Shown: positions 9,289 to 22,121, numbered from the stretch's first letter. The stretch is DNA of 64,000 nt from a candidate division FCPU426 bacterium (GCA_963830915.1 CAWHOE010000006.1:96001-160000); one strand, 5' to 3'. Translations and numbers: made by a program. Notes: a model not told the origin generated them from the letters alone.

Positions 9289-10620
9289 TTAATACCAATA
9301 AAATTCACGGAGAGCATGCACCTTACATATTTCTGCATAAAATTTCTTCAATTCTTCTCTTATGGATAAATCGTTTGTCTTTGTTGCGGAACTAAATAAT
9401 TTATCCCAATCCAATGCAATTCCCCCTTCTTTCCAAAAATCAAATAGTTTTATTATTATCGGCAGAAGCTTTTCTGGGTATTTTTCCGCAATAACATCTA
9501 TTACCTCAAATGCGTGGGAAAACATAATATTTACAGATAATTGTTGTTTATTAACTCCGTTTTCAAATTCACACTTCTTTAATATTTCCTCGTACCAACG
9601 TATACAGGTAATAGGTTGGTTTTTTATGTGTTCTGAAATTATTAACTGTACCTTGCCAACTATTTCAGATGCATATGGGCCATTTATCAATTTATCAATC
9701 CAAGGCGTTAGTTTTTCAAATTCTTGTGGTTGTTCCCGAAGAAGCGTCCATATATGCCATGCCAAATATTTCCGGCGAGGATTTCCAATAGGGCTATTAT
9801 CATTCAATGCATTTATTAATTTATCTTTAAATATGTCCGGATTAAATTTTAAACCCAATAAATCCTTATAATGGTTTTGTCTATAAATCGCAAAATACAA
9901 AAGTAAAAAAGAAGCATCTTCCACATTTTCAGTAACTTCTAATGCATCAAGTGCTTCCTCTGTCGATAAGTCATTGTAATAAGAAAAAACATCCGAAAGC
10001 CTATCAGCAATTGAATAACATTGTTTTTTCGTTTTAACTAACTGGACCAACTCAAATACCATTTCATGGAAAATTTTATATTCACCCTGGTATTCTCTTT
10101 TATTAAAACCACTCAGCCAAGAACGTCTTGCAGCTATTTCTATTAAAGGTAAAGTTGCTTCGTATTTGATATAAAGATTTTTATGACTTAATAATTTTTT
10201 CGTATAAATCAACGCCTGTGAAATATATTCCTTTTTTAAAGCTAGTTTCTGAACAGCCCAAGCAAGATTACCCAATACCGTAATTATTGGTTGAGACCTA
10301 CGATCACCGTTTTCTATTTCGCGATGAATTTTAGAAACAACATCTTCACCTGAGGTTATTTCAGAAGGATCCGGGTCATTTATAAATTTTTTAACAAGCC
10401 ATAAAACATCGTCCATTTTATTTTTTTCATATAGACGCTCACTAAAAGCAACGATTGACTCACGGTCTTCAGAAGATGGAAATACTTTGAATGGTTCTTC
10501 GTATTCGATTAGAGTTTTAATATCATTAAACAATTCTTCTCTCTTCGTTTCATCGAATTCCCTAGGATGAAAACGAATCATTTTTAATGAGTCTATAATT
10601 GAATCACGGGAATTATTCAT
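9289..10620 (-). CDS. AT-rich hypothetical protein, predicted alpha-helical (HEAT/ARM-like)
   Basis: Long ORF in an AT-rich island; ATG at 10620 overlaps the upstream stop (ATGAATAA). Confidence 0.75.
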   Translation of the reverse strand: MNNSRDSIIDSLKMIRFHPREFDETKREELFNDIKTLIEYEEPFKVFPSSEDRESIVAFSERLYEKNKMDDVLWLVKKFINDPDPSEITSGEDVVSKIHREIENGDRRSQPIITVLGNLAWAVQKLALKKEYISQALIYTKKLLSHKNLYIKYEATLPLIEIAARRSWLSGFNKREYQGEYKIFHEMVFELVQLVKTKKQCYSIADRLSDVFSYYNDLSTEEALDALEVTENVEDASFLLLYFAIYRQNHYKDLLGLKFNPDIFKDKLINALNDNSPIGNPRRKYLAWHIWTLLREQPQEFEKLTPWIDKLINGPYASEIVGKVQLIISEHIKNQPITCIRWYEEILKKCEFENGVNKQQLSVNIMFSHAFEVIDVIAEKYPEKLLPIIIKLFDFWKEGGIALDWDKLFSSATKTNDLSIREELKKFYAEICKVHALREFYWY

Positions 10621-11065
10621 GGATTTGCAACCTTTGAACCCGAGCACGACCTTCAACTAAAAACTCATCCAATTTTTGTCCATAAAGAAATTTAATATTC
10701 CTTATTCCAATATTAATGGCATTAATATATTCACGAGCATGAGAATTCATTTCTCCTGTTGTAATAATATAAATTGCGTCTAAGTGAGTATCCGTTTCGC
10801 CTATTCTGAATCTATGGCCAAACGCAATCGCAATTTGTCCAATTATTTCTTTAACAGAACCAGTGGCACCCGAACCAGAAGCTGTAATATCCCCAACTTT
10901 TAGTTGTATGCCACAATTACTTATTGTTTTAAAAGTTGTATTTTCATCTTGAAAAAGAATATCTATTCCAAATTCTATCGAGCCACAATTGTCCATAACA
11001 TTCGAAATGCCATGAGTAACATTTAGAATTGATATAAGTTCTCTTCTTAATTCATCTTCCGTCAA
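10613..11065 (-). CDS. Stand-alone restriction endonuclease-like (Mrr-type PD-(D/E)xK) protein
   Basis: G-x-x-E-F-G-I-D-I...G-I-Q-L-K-x-G-D-I, IYIITTGEMNSHARE and IKFLYGQKL match the Mrr_cat-like pattern; AT-rich. Confidence 0.7.
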   Translation of the reverse strand: MTEDELRRELISILNVTHGISNVMDNCGSIEFGIDILFQDENTTFKTISNCGIQLKVGDITASGSGATGSVKEIIGQIAIAFGHRFRIGETDTHLDAIYIITTGEMNSHAREYINAINIGIRNIKFLYGQKLDEFLVEGRARVQRLQIHE

Positions 11066-11133
11066 ATGACTCTCCTATACATTTTCCATAACCTGATAAA
11101 AATTAAACCACTTTTGAAGATCAATTGGTTTTT

Positions 11134-11171
11134 AAAAAAAGCCCCGCCCCCTTTAAGGGAACAGGGCTTTT
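11134..11171 (-). terminator. Intrinsic terminator downstream of nrdJ
   Basis: aaagcccc...cccttt aaggg...gggcttt hairpin with a T-tract on the minus strand. Confidence 0.7.
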
Positions 11172-11261
11172 ACAGCCTAAATTAGCCTCTCCCCGGTCAA
11201 GGGGAGTGGGTGTTTCCTCAGATCAACCCATTCGACTCACTGCGTTCGCTCAGGGTCAATA

Positions 11262-14075
<2,814 letters not shown>

Positions 14076-14473
14076 GCATCCTCCTCAAGATATTAAAAAA
14101 ATGGCCAAGATTTTCTTCCTGAGGTTAACCCCTGGTTAACTCAGCTGAAGGAACTTGGGTTGTTGTGGGTGTTGAACGGAATGGTTTGGAGCAGGCCGTC
14201 TGAGTGGCTTGAAACTAGACTGGTCCTTTTTTCCAAATGGCCATTGTAGGGAAAGTGGGCTATGCAGTGGTTTACGCGCGACATTCGTCTATCCCGGCTT
14301 AAATCCCCCTTTTTTGGCGTTTGCTGTCTTTTATAGCTCGGGATGAACAGCGGGTTTGCCAGCCCGCTAAAAAAACCGATCAAAAGACTTCTTATAACCA
14401 CCAAAAAATTCGGCCAACTTGGCTATCCCCTCTTTGAATATTGAGGCCAAAAAGGGCAAAAATCGTTATTTTC

Positions 14474-14521
14474 ACACCATATTTAGTCGACCGTCACTAT
14501 ATATACCACCAGCCTTTGTGT
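14474..14521. promoter_or_regulatory. Tandem NrdR-box-like operators
   Basis: acaccatatttagtcg (14474) and a weaker ccaccagcctttgtgt (14506), 32 bp apart, upstream of nrdJ; resemble acaCwAtATaTwGwgt. Confidence 0.6.
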
Positions 14522-14827
14522 TGTCAAAGGAAATATAACCACTTTTTCCAGTATGAAAAAGACTATTTTTGGCCTTTTTAAAGGTTTTTTGAGGTCCCCA
14601 GGTGCCCCTTTTTTTGTTCAAAAAGTCCTTTGGTCACAATAAGGGCATTCTATTTGGAGTTTTCACGTTTAGAAAAGCGTTCCAATTTGAGAGTGGTGAA
14701 ATGTTGGTATCTTTTGTGAAACCTAAAGGTAAATGAGCCACCGATGCGCGAAGTCTCCTATCAGGAATTCTAATGGCCATCGGTGGCTAAAACATGATTT
14801 GTTTTGATGCGGTCTATCGCTGTTCCG

Positions 14828-16138
14828 TCAGACCCCTTTGGCTTTCAACTGAGCCGCCAGTTCCTCGTAACCCTTTTTCCCCAGCAGAGCGAACATGTTC
14901 TTCTTGTACGCTTCCACACCGGGCTGATCGAAAGGATTGACGCCCAACAAGGTTCCCGAGATTCCGCAACCCATCTCGAAGAAATAAAAAAGATATCCCA
15001 GGGTATATTCGGAGATGTTGTCCAGGGTCAGACGGATCACCGGTAAGCCCCCGTCCCGATGAGCCACGGCCGTTCCCTTGAAGGCCTGCTCGTTGACCCA
15101 AGAAAGTTTCTTGCCCGCCAGGAAATTCAATCCTTCCCGGTCGTCCTTATCCTTGGGGATGATGACATCCTTCTCTTCTTTCTTCACCCAGATCATGGTC
15201 TCCAAAAGGGTGCGGCGTCCTTCCTGCAGGTATTGGCCCATGCTGTGAAGATCGGTGGTCAGGTCCACGCTGGCTGGGAAGATGCCCTTTCCTTCTTTGC
15301 CTTCCGATTCCCCGTACAGTTGTTTCCACCACTCGCTGACGAAGTGCAGTTCGGGCTTGAAGTTGGCCATGACCTCGGTGGTATTCCCTTTCTGATATAG
15401 AAGGAACCGGGCGGCGGCGTATTGGGCCGACAGATTCTTGGAAAGATCCGTGGACTGGCAATCCTTGGCCGCGTCCTGGGCGCCCTTCAGGAGTTTGCCG
15501 ATATCAAAACCGGCGATGGCGATGGGCAATAACCCTACCGGGGTCAGGACCGAGAACCGGCCTCCCACATCGTCCGGAATGACGAAGGTTTGGTACCCTT
15601 CGGCGTCCGCCATTCCCTTCAACGCTCCCCTGGCCTGATCGGTCACCGCCACGATGCGTTTGCGGGCCTTCTTCTTGCCCGCGCCGTTCTCCAACCATGA
15701 TTTTAGGATGCGGAAAGCCACGGCCGGTTCGGTGGTGGTGCCAGATTTAGAGATGACGCAGATCCCGGTCTTTTTGGGGTTCAGGTCTTTGATCAATTTA
15801 TCGAACGAGGTGGGCGACAGATGGTGCCCCGCATAATGGATCCGGGTCGAGCCGCCCAGCGCCTCGATGGCGGCCTTGGTCCCCAGGTAGGAACCGCCGA
15901 TGCCCACGCATACCACGTCGTCGCATTTATCGAAGGGTTTGACCGCCTTTTTCAGGGCCGGGAGCTGTTTGGCCGCTTCGAAGGGAAGTGTGATCCAGCC
16001 CAGGAAATCCGAACCCCGCCCTGTCTTTTCCAGAAGGGATTTCAAGGCCGAAAGCACCTGGGGTTCCAGCGCTTTGATGTCCTGTTCTGTCACGAATTCC
16101 GACAGATAAGCCATATCCAACGAGATGGGTTGAGGCAT
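14828..16138 (-). CDS. pgi: Glucose-6-phosphate isomerase
   Basis: GIGGSYLG, ISKSGTTTEP, GGRFSVLT, GESEGK, DLHSMGQ, NPFDQPGVEAYK; start taken at MPQPI. Confidence 0.97.
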   Translation of the reverse strand: MPQPISLDMAYLSEFVTEQDIKALEPQVLSALKSLLEKTGRGSDFLGWITLPFEAAKQLPALKKAVKPFDKCDDVVCVGIGGSYLGTKAAIEALGGSTRIHYAGHHLSPTSFDKLIKDLNPKKTGICVISKSGTTTEPAVAFRILKSWLENGAGKKKARKRIVAVTDQARGALKGMADAEGYQTFVIPDDVGGRFSVLTPVGLLPIAIAGFDIGKLLKGAQDAAKDCQSTDLSKNLSAQYAAARFLLYQKGNTTEVMANFKPELHFVSEWWKQLYGESEGKEGKGIFPASVDLTTDLHSMGQYLQEGRRTLLETMIWVKKEEKDVIIPKDKDDREGLNFLAGKKLSWVNEQAFKGTAVAHRDGGLPVIRLTLDNISEYTLGYLFYFFEMGCGISGTLLGVNPFDQPGVEAYKKNMFALLGKKGYEELAAQLKAKGV

Positions 16139-16256
16139 GTAACGCTCCTTGAACTTAAGTTTGAAGTAACCAGATGACAATCGACAGTTCATTCAACCTA
16201 TTCATTTAATAATGGTTGGCTGTCGACGGTGGGCTGTGGACTGCCAACTGTTTTTA

Positions 16257-17927
16257 TTAGCGGATCTTGAATTTTTCCACCATGGACTTCAATTCTTCCG
16301 CCATCGCGGAAAGTTCCTTGAAGGTCGCGTTGACCTGTTCCATAGAGGCGGTCTGCTCCTCGGTGGAGGCCGACACTTCCTCGGTGGAAGCCGCGGACTG
16401 TTCCGAGACGGCGTTGATGTCCTGGATGCTGTTGACGATCTTGGTGTACCGCTGGTTCTGCAGGGCCACCAGGGCGGAAATGCTCTTGCTGAACTGCTCC
16501 ACGTTCTCGATGACCTCGACGATCTCGTCCAGGGATTTTTCCATCTGACGAATGCCGTTCTTGCTGACCTCCGCCTCCTTGGCGCTCTTTTCCATGGAAT
16601 CCACCGCCACCTGGGTCTCGTCCTGGATCTGCTGGATGAGGTTCCCGATCTCCTCCGTGGCTTTCCCGACCCGGTCCGCTAACGATCGTATCTCTTCCGC
16701 CACGACCGCGAAACCTTTTCCGTGCTCGCCGGCGCGGGCGGCCTCGATGGCGGCGTTAAGGGACAACAGGTTGGTCTGTTCCGAGATACCCGAGATGATC
16801 TCCACGACCCGGCCGATCTCCTTGCCCTTCACCCCCAGGTGATGGATGCCTTCCGAGTTCTTCAGGATGGTCTCGTTGAGGCTGGCCATGCGATCGATCG
16901 TGCCGCGGGCCATCTTGCCCCCGGCCTGGGCGGTCAGGGTGGCTTTGTCCACGGCGCTGGAGGTTTCCAGGGACTTGCGTTCCATTTCCTTCATGGTGTC
17001 CTGCATTTCCTGCATCAGGTGATGGACGTCGGCGATCTTGGCGGCCTGGTCCTCCGCGCCCTTGGCGATCTGCTGGATGGTCGAGGACACGTCCTCGCTC
17101 ATGGCCGAGACCTCGGCGGTGGAGACGGTCATGCTCTGGACCTGCTCGGACAGATGCTGGGAATGCTCCATGATACGAAGCACCATCGCCCTGATCTTGC
17201 CCATGAAAGAATTGAACCAATGGGCCATGTCCCCGATCTCGTCGTGGGTCTGGACCTTGATCTGGAAGCTCAGGTCCGCGTCGCCCTGGGAAAGGGCCTT
17301 CAGTTCGTTCTTGATGGCTTGGATCGGCCTCACCACGAAGAAGTGCAGCAGGGGTGTCAGGGCCAGGGTCACGATCAGGGCGATCAAAGCCGCCATGCCG
17401 CTTCCCTTCAAGATGGACTCGCGGGTCTGTTCGTCCACATTAATGAGGGGTATCTCCACATTCACCCCGCCCATCAGTTTGTTGGACGAGTCCTTCACCG
17501 GCACCAGGTAGCGAAGCACGTCGCCCTGTGGGGTCTTGAGGGTTTCCAGCCAGTAATTATGATGGGCTTGGGTCCATTGGAGCCTTTGCCTGGCGTCCCC
17601 CAAATGGCTGGAATATCCGGCCAGGGATTGGGTATGGACGAGGATCTTTCCTTCCGGGTCGAAGAGGGTGAGGGAATTGACATGGAACTGGTCGGAAACA
17701 TCCCCCAAAACCGAGCCTAGTTCCTCGAATCGGCTCTTTCGAATACAGAGGGAAAACTCGCTTTGAAGGGAGTTACAAACCAGGTTCAAGGCCTCGACCT
17801 GGCGATTCACCAGGGTGTTTTTCTGGCGGGCAATGGAGGCGTAACTGATGATCCCCTCGATGATGAAGATGGATAGGGAGAGGACCAGCGCGATTCGGAA
17901 GCTCAGTTTACGGAATAGCAAGATCAA
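16257..17927 (-). CDS. Methyl-accepting chemotaxis protein (2 TM, periplasmic sensor, HAMP, signalling domain)
   Basis: [45 protein letters not shown]. Confidence 0.96.
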   Translation of the reverse strand: MILLFRKLSFRIALVLSLSIFIIEGIISYASIARQKNTLVNRQVEALNLVCNSLQSEFSLCIRKSRFEELGSVLGDVSDQFHVNSLTLFDPEGKILVHTQSLAGYSSHLGDARQRLQWTQAHHNYWLETLKTPQGDVLRYLVPVKDSSNKLMGGVNVEIPLINVDEQTRESILKGSGMAALIALIVTLALTPLLHFFVVRPIQAIKNELKALSQGDADLSFQIKVQTHDEIGDMAHWFNSFMGKIRAMVLRIMEHSQHLSEQVQSMTVSTAEVSAMSEDVSSTIQQIAKGAEDQAAKIADVHHLMQEMQDTMKEMERKSLETSSAVDKATLTAQAGGKMARGTIDRMASLNETILKNSEGIHHLGVKGKEIGRVVEIISGISEQTNLLSLNAAIEAARAGEHGKGFAVVAEEIRSLADRVGKATEEIGNLIQQIQDETQVAVDSMEKSAKEAEVSKNGIRQMEKSLDEIVEVIENVEQFSKSISALVALQNQRYTKIVNSIQDINAVSEQSAASTEEVSASTEEQTASMEQVNATFKELSAMAEELKSMVEKFKIR

Positions 17928-18027
17928 GACCTTTCGGGCCGCCTGATGATAATGAAGGTTCTATTCTAGACGAAAAACCAGCCCTAAACCATGAGCCAAT
18001 AGCTGGCAAAAACAACCAAATACATTG

Positions 18028-18101
18028 AACCACAGAGACACGGAGGCACAGCTTTTATTCATTCTTTTTTGATCTTTAATCTTTAGCTGTGTCTCCGTGG
18101 T
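18028..18101. repeat. Intergenic CCAC...GTGG palindromic element
   Basis: aaccacagagacacggaggcacagc ... gctgtgtctccgtggt. Confidence 0.65.
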
Positions 18102-18114
18102 GAAAAAATGTTTT

Positions 18115-19299
18115 CTAAAGGTGATGAGGCTTTACATCGTCCCCCTCTAGGAAAGACGAGATCATCTGGAGGCCCTGGGTGATGGAAGGCATGTCCTGGG
18201 CCAATTGCCTGGCCTGTTCGCCCGTGTTGGCCCGCCCAAAGCTGAACCTCAAACCTTCCTTGGCTTGTTTGGGATTCCGTCCCATGGCCAGCAGCACATG
18301 GGAAGGGGGCGCTGAGCCGGCCGCGCAGGCCGCGCCGGAGGAGACCGCGTAACCCTTGCCATCCAGGCTGTGCACCAAGGTTTCCCCCTCGATGCCGGGA
18401 AGGGTGATGTTCAGGATGCCGGGCACCCTTTTCTCCGGGTCTTCCGGCCCGTTCACTTTCAGGTCCGGGTAAGCTTCTTTCATTTTTTCCAGGAACACCT
18501 GGGCCATGACCCGTAACCGGCCAGGCTCGATGGTATCCGCGCAAATCTTTCTCGCCGCTTCGGCCATTCCCACGATACCCGCCACGTTCTCAGTCCCGCC
18601 CCGACGGTCCCGCTCCTGGCCTCCTCCCTGGATCAGGGGAACCAATTCGGTCCCCTTACGTTGGTAAACGAACCCCACGCCCTTGGGTCCGTAGATCTTG
18701 TGTCCCGAGACCGTGAGGAAATCGATATTGTATTTCTGAACGTCGATGGGGATCTTTCCGTAGGCCTGTACGGCGTCCGTGTGGAAGAGGATATTCCTTT
18801 CACGGGCGATCAATCCTATCTCGCCGAAAGGCTGGATGGTGCCGACCTCGTTGTTCGCCGCCATGATGGAGATCAACCCTGTCTCGCCGGGCCGTATGGC
18901 CTTTTGAATGTCCCTGGGATCGACCAAGCCTTCCGCGTTGACCGGTACCGCCGTTACCGAGTAGCCATGGTTGGTCAAGTAATCCGTGCATTCCAGCACA
19001 CAGCTGTGTTCCACGGCCGAGATGATGATGTGCCGGGCCTTGCCGTGAAAGGAGAATGCCGCGCCCTTGTGCACCATGTTCACGCCTTCGGTTCCTCCGC
19101 TAGTGAAGACGATCTCTTTGGGATCGGCGTTGAGGGTCTGGGCTATCTTTTCCCGGGCCCGCTCGATGGCCCCTCGGGCTTCCCGGCCTAGCGCGTGAAG
19201 GCTGGAAGGATTTCCATATTCTTCTTTCAAGAAAGGCATCATGGCCTCGAGGACTTTCTCATCCAGAGGGGTTGTGGCGGCGTGATCGAGATAGATCAT
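18115..19299 (-). CDS. iscS: Cysteine desulfurase (IscS/NifS family)
   Basis: IYLDHAATTP, FTSGGTE, HTDAVQA, SGHKIYGPKGVG, SSGAAC. Confidence 0.93.
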   Translation of the reverse strand: MIYLDHAATTPLDEKVLEAMMPFLKEEYGNPSSLHALGREARGAIERAREKIAQTLNADPKEIVFTSGGTEGVNMVHKGAAFSFHGKARHIIISAVEHSCVLECTDYLTNHGYSVTAVPVNAEGLVDPRDIQKAIRPGETGLISIMAANNEVGTIQPFGEIGLIARERNILFHTDAVQAYGKIPIDVQKYNIDFLTVSGHKIYGPKGVGFVYQRKGTELVPLIQGGGQERDRRGGTENVAGIVGMAEAARKICADTIEPGRLRVMAQVFLEKMKEAYPDLKVNGPEDPEKRVPGILNITLPGIEGETLVHSLDGKGYAVSSGAACAAGSAPPSHVLLAMGRNPKQAKEGLRFSFGRANTGEQARQLAQDMPSITQGLQMISSFLEGDDVKPHHL

Positions 19300-19349
19300 G
19301 GGTTTCCTTGTTTCGGTTCTTATCGAGGGGCTAGTTTATCATTTTCCAT

Positions 19350-20366
19350 TCAGGGAACTAGCAGGACTTTTCCTATATTCCTGCGTTCTTCCACGAATCG
19401 GAAGGCTTCCGCGGCTTCGGAGAATCGAAAAGTTCGGTCCACGATGGGTTTGATCCGTCCCTGCCCCGCGTCCTCCAATATCTCCTCCATCCAACCCCGG
19501 ACCTTTTCCGGCTCGTGCCAAAGGTGTCCCAGATTCACGCCGAAAACCCCCCGGTTCTGGTTCATCAAAGCAACGGGGTTGAAGAGGGGTATTCGGACGG
19601 CCAGACCCAAAAGCGATAGGATCTTTCCCGCTTTCCCTTCCGAGGCGCTGGAGACACCGAACATTCCCAGACGTCCAGTGGAGCGTAATAAGCGGTAATT
19701 CTTTTTCCAGTTGGCTCCGCCGACCGGGTCCAGGATCAGGTCCACTCCTTTCCCGCCTGTCAGGTCCAGTACCTGTTTTTCCCAATCCTTCTTTCGATAA
19801 TCGATTGGATGTTGAAGGCCCTGTTTCTTGAGGAATTCATGCTTGCCCGAACTGGCCGTACCCATGGTCACGGCTCCGACGCCCCGAGCGTATTGCAGGG
19901 CGGCCAAACCCACCCCTCCTCCCACGTTATGGATGAGGATGGTCTCTCCCTTGTTCAAGGAACCCATGACCTTCACTAATTGATAAGCCGTCAGGTAATT
20001 GACCGGAAGGGCAGCCCCTTCTTCCAGGGTCAGGCTTTCGGGAGTCTCGAATATCTGGTTGACGGAAAGATTGACCTTCTCCGAATAGCCTCCGAACCGA
20101 GTGAACGCGATGACTTCCTTCCCTATCCAGCTTGGAGGAACGCCCGGGCCCAACTCCTCCACAACGCCTGATATCTCATAACCCACCACGCAGGGTGGTT
20201 TGGGCGCGTCCGGATAAAGACCTTTCATAGCCATCAAGTCGGCGAAATTGAACCCCGCCGCCCTGACACCCACTGTCACCTCATTCTCACGGAGCGGGGG
20301 TAAGGAGACATCGCGAACTTCCAATACTTCCGGCCCGCCATAGCGGGTGATCCAGATTTGTTTCAT
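19350..20366 (-). CDS. VAT-1-like NADPH:quinone oxidoreductase (MDR family)
   Basis: NFADLMAMKGLYP, VNYLTAY, GGGVGLAA, NIGKVLL. Confidence 0.93.
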   Translation of the reverse strand: MKQIWITRYGGPEVLEVRDVSLPPLRENEVTVGVRAAGFNFADLMAMKGLYPDAPKPPCVVGYEISGVVEELGPGVPPSWIGKEVIAFTRFGGYSEKVNLSVNQIFETPESLTLEEGAALPVNYLTAYQLVKVMGSLNKGETILIHNVGGGVGLAALQYARGVGAVTMGTASSGKHEFLKKQGLQHPIDYRKKDWEKQVLDLTGGKGVDLILDPVGGANWKKNYRLLRSTGRLGMFGVSSASEGKAGKILSLLGLAVRIPLFNPVALMNQNRGVFGVNLGHLWHEPEKVRGWMEEILEDAGQGRIKPIVDRTFRFSEAAEAFRFVEERRNIGKVLLVP

Positions 20367-20394
20367 TTTTCTTTCATCCTTAAAATTCTATTTG

Positions 20395-20492
20395 AACCAC
20401 CAAGGACACCAAGTTCACCAATTTAGACAAAAAGAATATTTTTCTCTAAATCATTTTTCAGAATTCTTGGTGCCCTTGGTGAAATTGGTGGT
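20395..20492. repeat. CCAC...GTGG palindromic element with ~9-bp periodicity
   Basis: aaccaccaaggacaccaagttcaccaa ... ttggtgcccttggtgaaattggtggt. Confidence 0.65.
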
Positions 20493-20861
20493 CAAATTGT
20501 TGTAGACGTTTTGGAGAAGCCAACCAGCGACAAACCATTGGATATCGCCCAGCAACATGTAATTGAGCCCCATGGATAACAATGACGCATCCGAATAACC
20601 GATGGATGTTAAAAAACGGTTAAGGAATGGTTCCAGGTTCATCGCCAGGGTCAAAGGCATTCCTAGGATGAAGGCCCCGATCCAGTGCCATTCGGCCTCA
20701 GCCCCCGTGGCCGAGTAAACACTGACCGCCCCAGCAAAGACCACAGCTGAATAACCCAACGCGAGGGCCAATCCAAAACTCTTGAATTTCATCCTCCAAA
20801 GGACAACGGAGAAAACGATGGAGCAAAAAATGAAGAGCCCAGCCCAGAAGATCATGAACAT
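20451..20861 (-). CDS. Hypothetical 4-TM membrane protein
   Basis: Hydrophobic 136-aa ORF; its C-terminal tail is encoded by the palindromic repeat. Confidence 0.6.
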   Translation of the reverse strand: MFMIFWAGLFIFCSIVFSVVLWRMKFKSFGLALALGYSAVVFAGAVSVYSATGAEAEWHWIGAFILGMPLTLAMNLEPFLNRFLTSIGYSDASLLSMGLNYMLLGDIQWFVAGWLLQNVYNNLTTNFTKGTKNSEK

Positions 20862-20901
20862 TGATGGTTTCCAGTAAGAAAAGTGGTGTTGTCAGTTCAT
20901 A

Positions 20902-21477
20902 TTATTGTGCGGCAAAATCCTGAGGTCCGACTGATTGAACAACCATTTCGCTTTCCCCACCCCAAGAAATCGTTTTAAACCCATAATAATGTTTTGGATG
21001 ATTTTTAATCCACGTAATGAAACCAACAAATATTTTTGTTTCTTTTACAGGATGAAATCTTTTTTTAAACGTTTTTCCATCTTTTGAATCATAAACACAA
21101 TAACCCATTGCCTTATCAACTTTATTCCACGTCAAATAAGCTTTTCCATTAGAAGTCAAGATTTTAAATTTATCTGGTGGGTTAAGAATAATAACCCCGG
21201 AAAAATCCTTTGTCATAGGAAGGGGGGTCAGTTTACCTTCCGATATTTTCTGATTTGTTTCTAACTCTTCTTCGTTGCCCCTAGATTCCTTATCTGCATT
21301 TTCCCATTGATCATCTGTCCAAGTTGGAACCGGAGTAAAATTCGTGCTTTGAGCCATCGCGACTTCAGATAATAAAACTCCTACCGATATAAAAAGAAGG
21401 GGTATCCAAACCCCCGAAAGAGAGTTCTTTAATTTATCGCGGGACTGATTTATGAAAAGTTTTTTGATCTCTGGCAT
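20902..21477 (-). CDS. AT-rich hypothetical exported protein with Fn3-like C-terminal segment
   Basis: Hydrophobic signal/anchor; PPDKFKI...AYLTWNKVDKAMGYCVY...YYGFKTISWGGES resembles a fibronectin-III strand pattern. Confidence 0.65.
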   Translation of the reverse strand: MPEIKKLFINQSRDKLKNSLSGVWIPLLFISVGVLLSEVAMAQSTNFTPVPTWTDDQWENADKESRGNEEELETNQKISEGKLTPLPMTKDFSGVIILNPPDKFKILTSNGKAYLTWNKVDKAMGYCVYDSKDGKTFKKRFHPVKETKIFVGFITWIKNHPKHYYGFKTISWGGESEMVVQSVGPQDFAAQ

Positions 21478-21554
21478 ACGGACACCTTCATACATCAATG
21501 CATCTTCAATAATTCTAAGCGAAGAATGATTCTTAATCCTAAATTAATAAATCC

Positions 21555-22004
21555 TCAGTTTTTGCTATATTCCAGGGCTTCTTCCAACACTTCTTCGGGC
21601 AAACCCCATTCCTTATAACCTTGCTTGACCTGCATCAAATAGCCCAGATTGGGTTGACCTAACGGAGGATTTTCTTGGGCCAGCCGATAACTAGCGGCGT
21701 TCACCTTTTCCCCGTTGTCCTTCTCAACGACCACCTCGAGCTTCTGATAGGTCCCCTTCTCGCAGGCCTCACACCGGTCCAGATATTGGATCATGACCTC
21801 TTCCAACTCATAAAGGTAACCGGGAACGAAAAGGGCGGGATCGGGAACCAGATTGGCCACTGGGCCTTTTCGTTCGGAGGAATGGCCCATGAAGGCCAGG
21901 CGGTAACCCTTGAGGATGGCGCGGGTGACGGGGCGGTTGCCCATGATGCGCCGCTCCATTTGAGCCCTCAGCAAACTACTTCCGTAGGCGAAATAAAGCG
22001 GCAT
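21555..22004 (-). CDS. Gamma-glutamylcyclotransferase family protein
   Basis: LYFAYGSS...QMERR, GYRLAF, LDRCE...Y motifs. Confidence 0.9.
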   Translation of the reverse strand: MPLYFAYGSSLLRAQMERRIMGNRPVTRAILKGYRLAFMGHSSERKGPVANLVPDPALFVPGYLYELEEVMIQYLDRCEACEKGTYQKLEVVVEKDNGEKVNAASYRLAQENPPLGQPNLGYLMQVKQGYKEWGLPEEVLEEALEYSKN

Positions 22005-22026
22005 CAAAACCACCCGAAAAAAATAT

Positions 22027-22121
22027 TAGCCACAGATTCATGGGATTCACGCAGATGGCAAAAAGAAAATAATTCCAAACCATTTTTTTGTTTATCCATT
22101 TGCATCCCATGCATCCGTGGC
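22027..22121. repeat. Intergenic CCAC...GTGG palindromic element
   Basis: tagccacagattcatgggattcacgcagatgg ... ccatttgcatcccatgcatccgtggc. Confidence 0.6.

Noticed and set aside
9123..9338. 71-aa ORF at the end of the AT-rich island
   Set aside because: Overlaps the upstream gene by 50 bp and has no recognisable features, though a small third TM gene cannot be fully excluded
14076..14460. Cobalamin riboswitch or the 87-aa ORF upstream of nrdJ
   Set aside because: No recognisable B12-box/GGGAA...GCCACTG core arrangement; the ORF has no protein-like features
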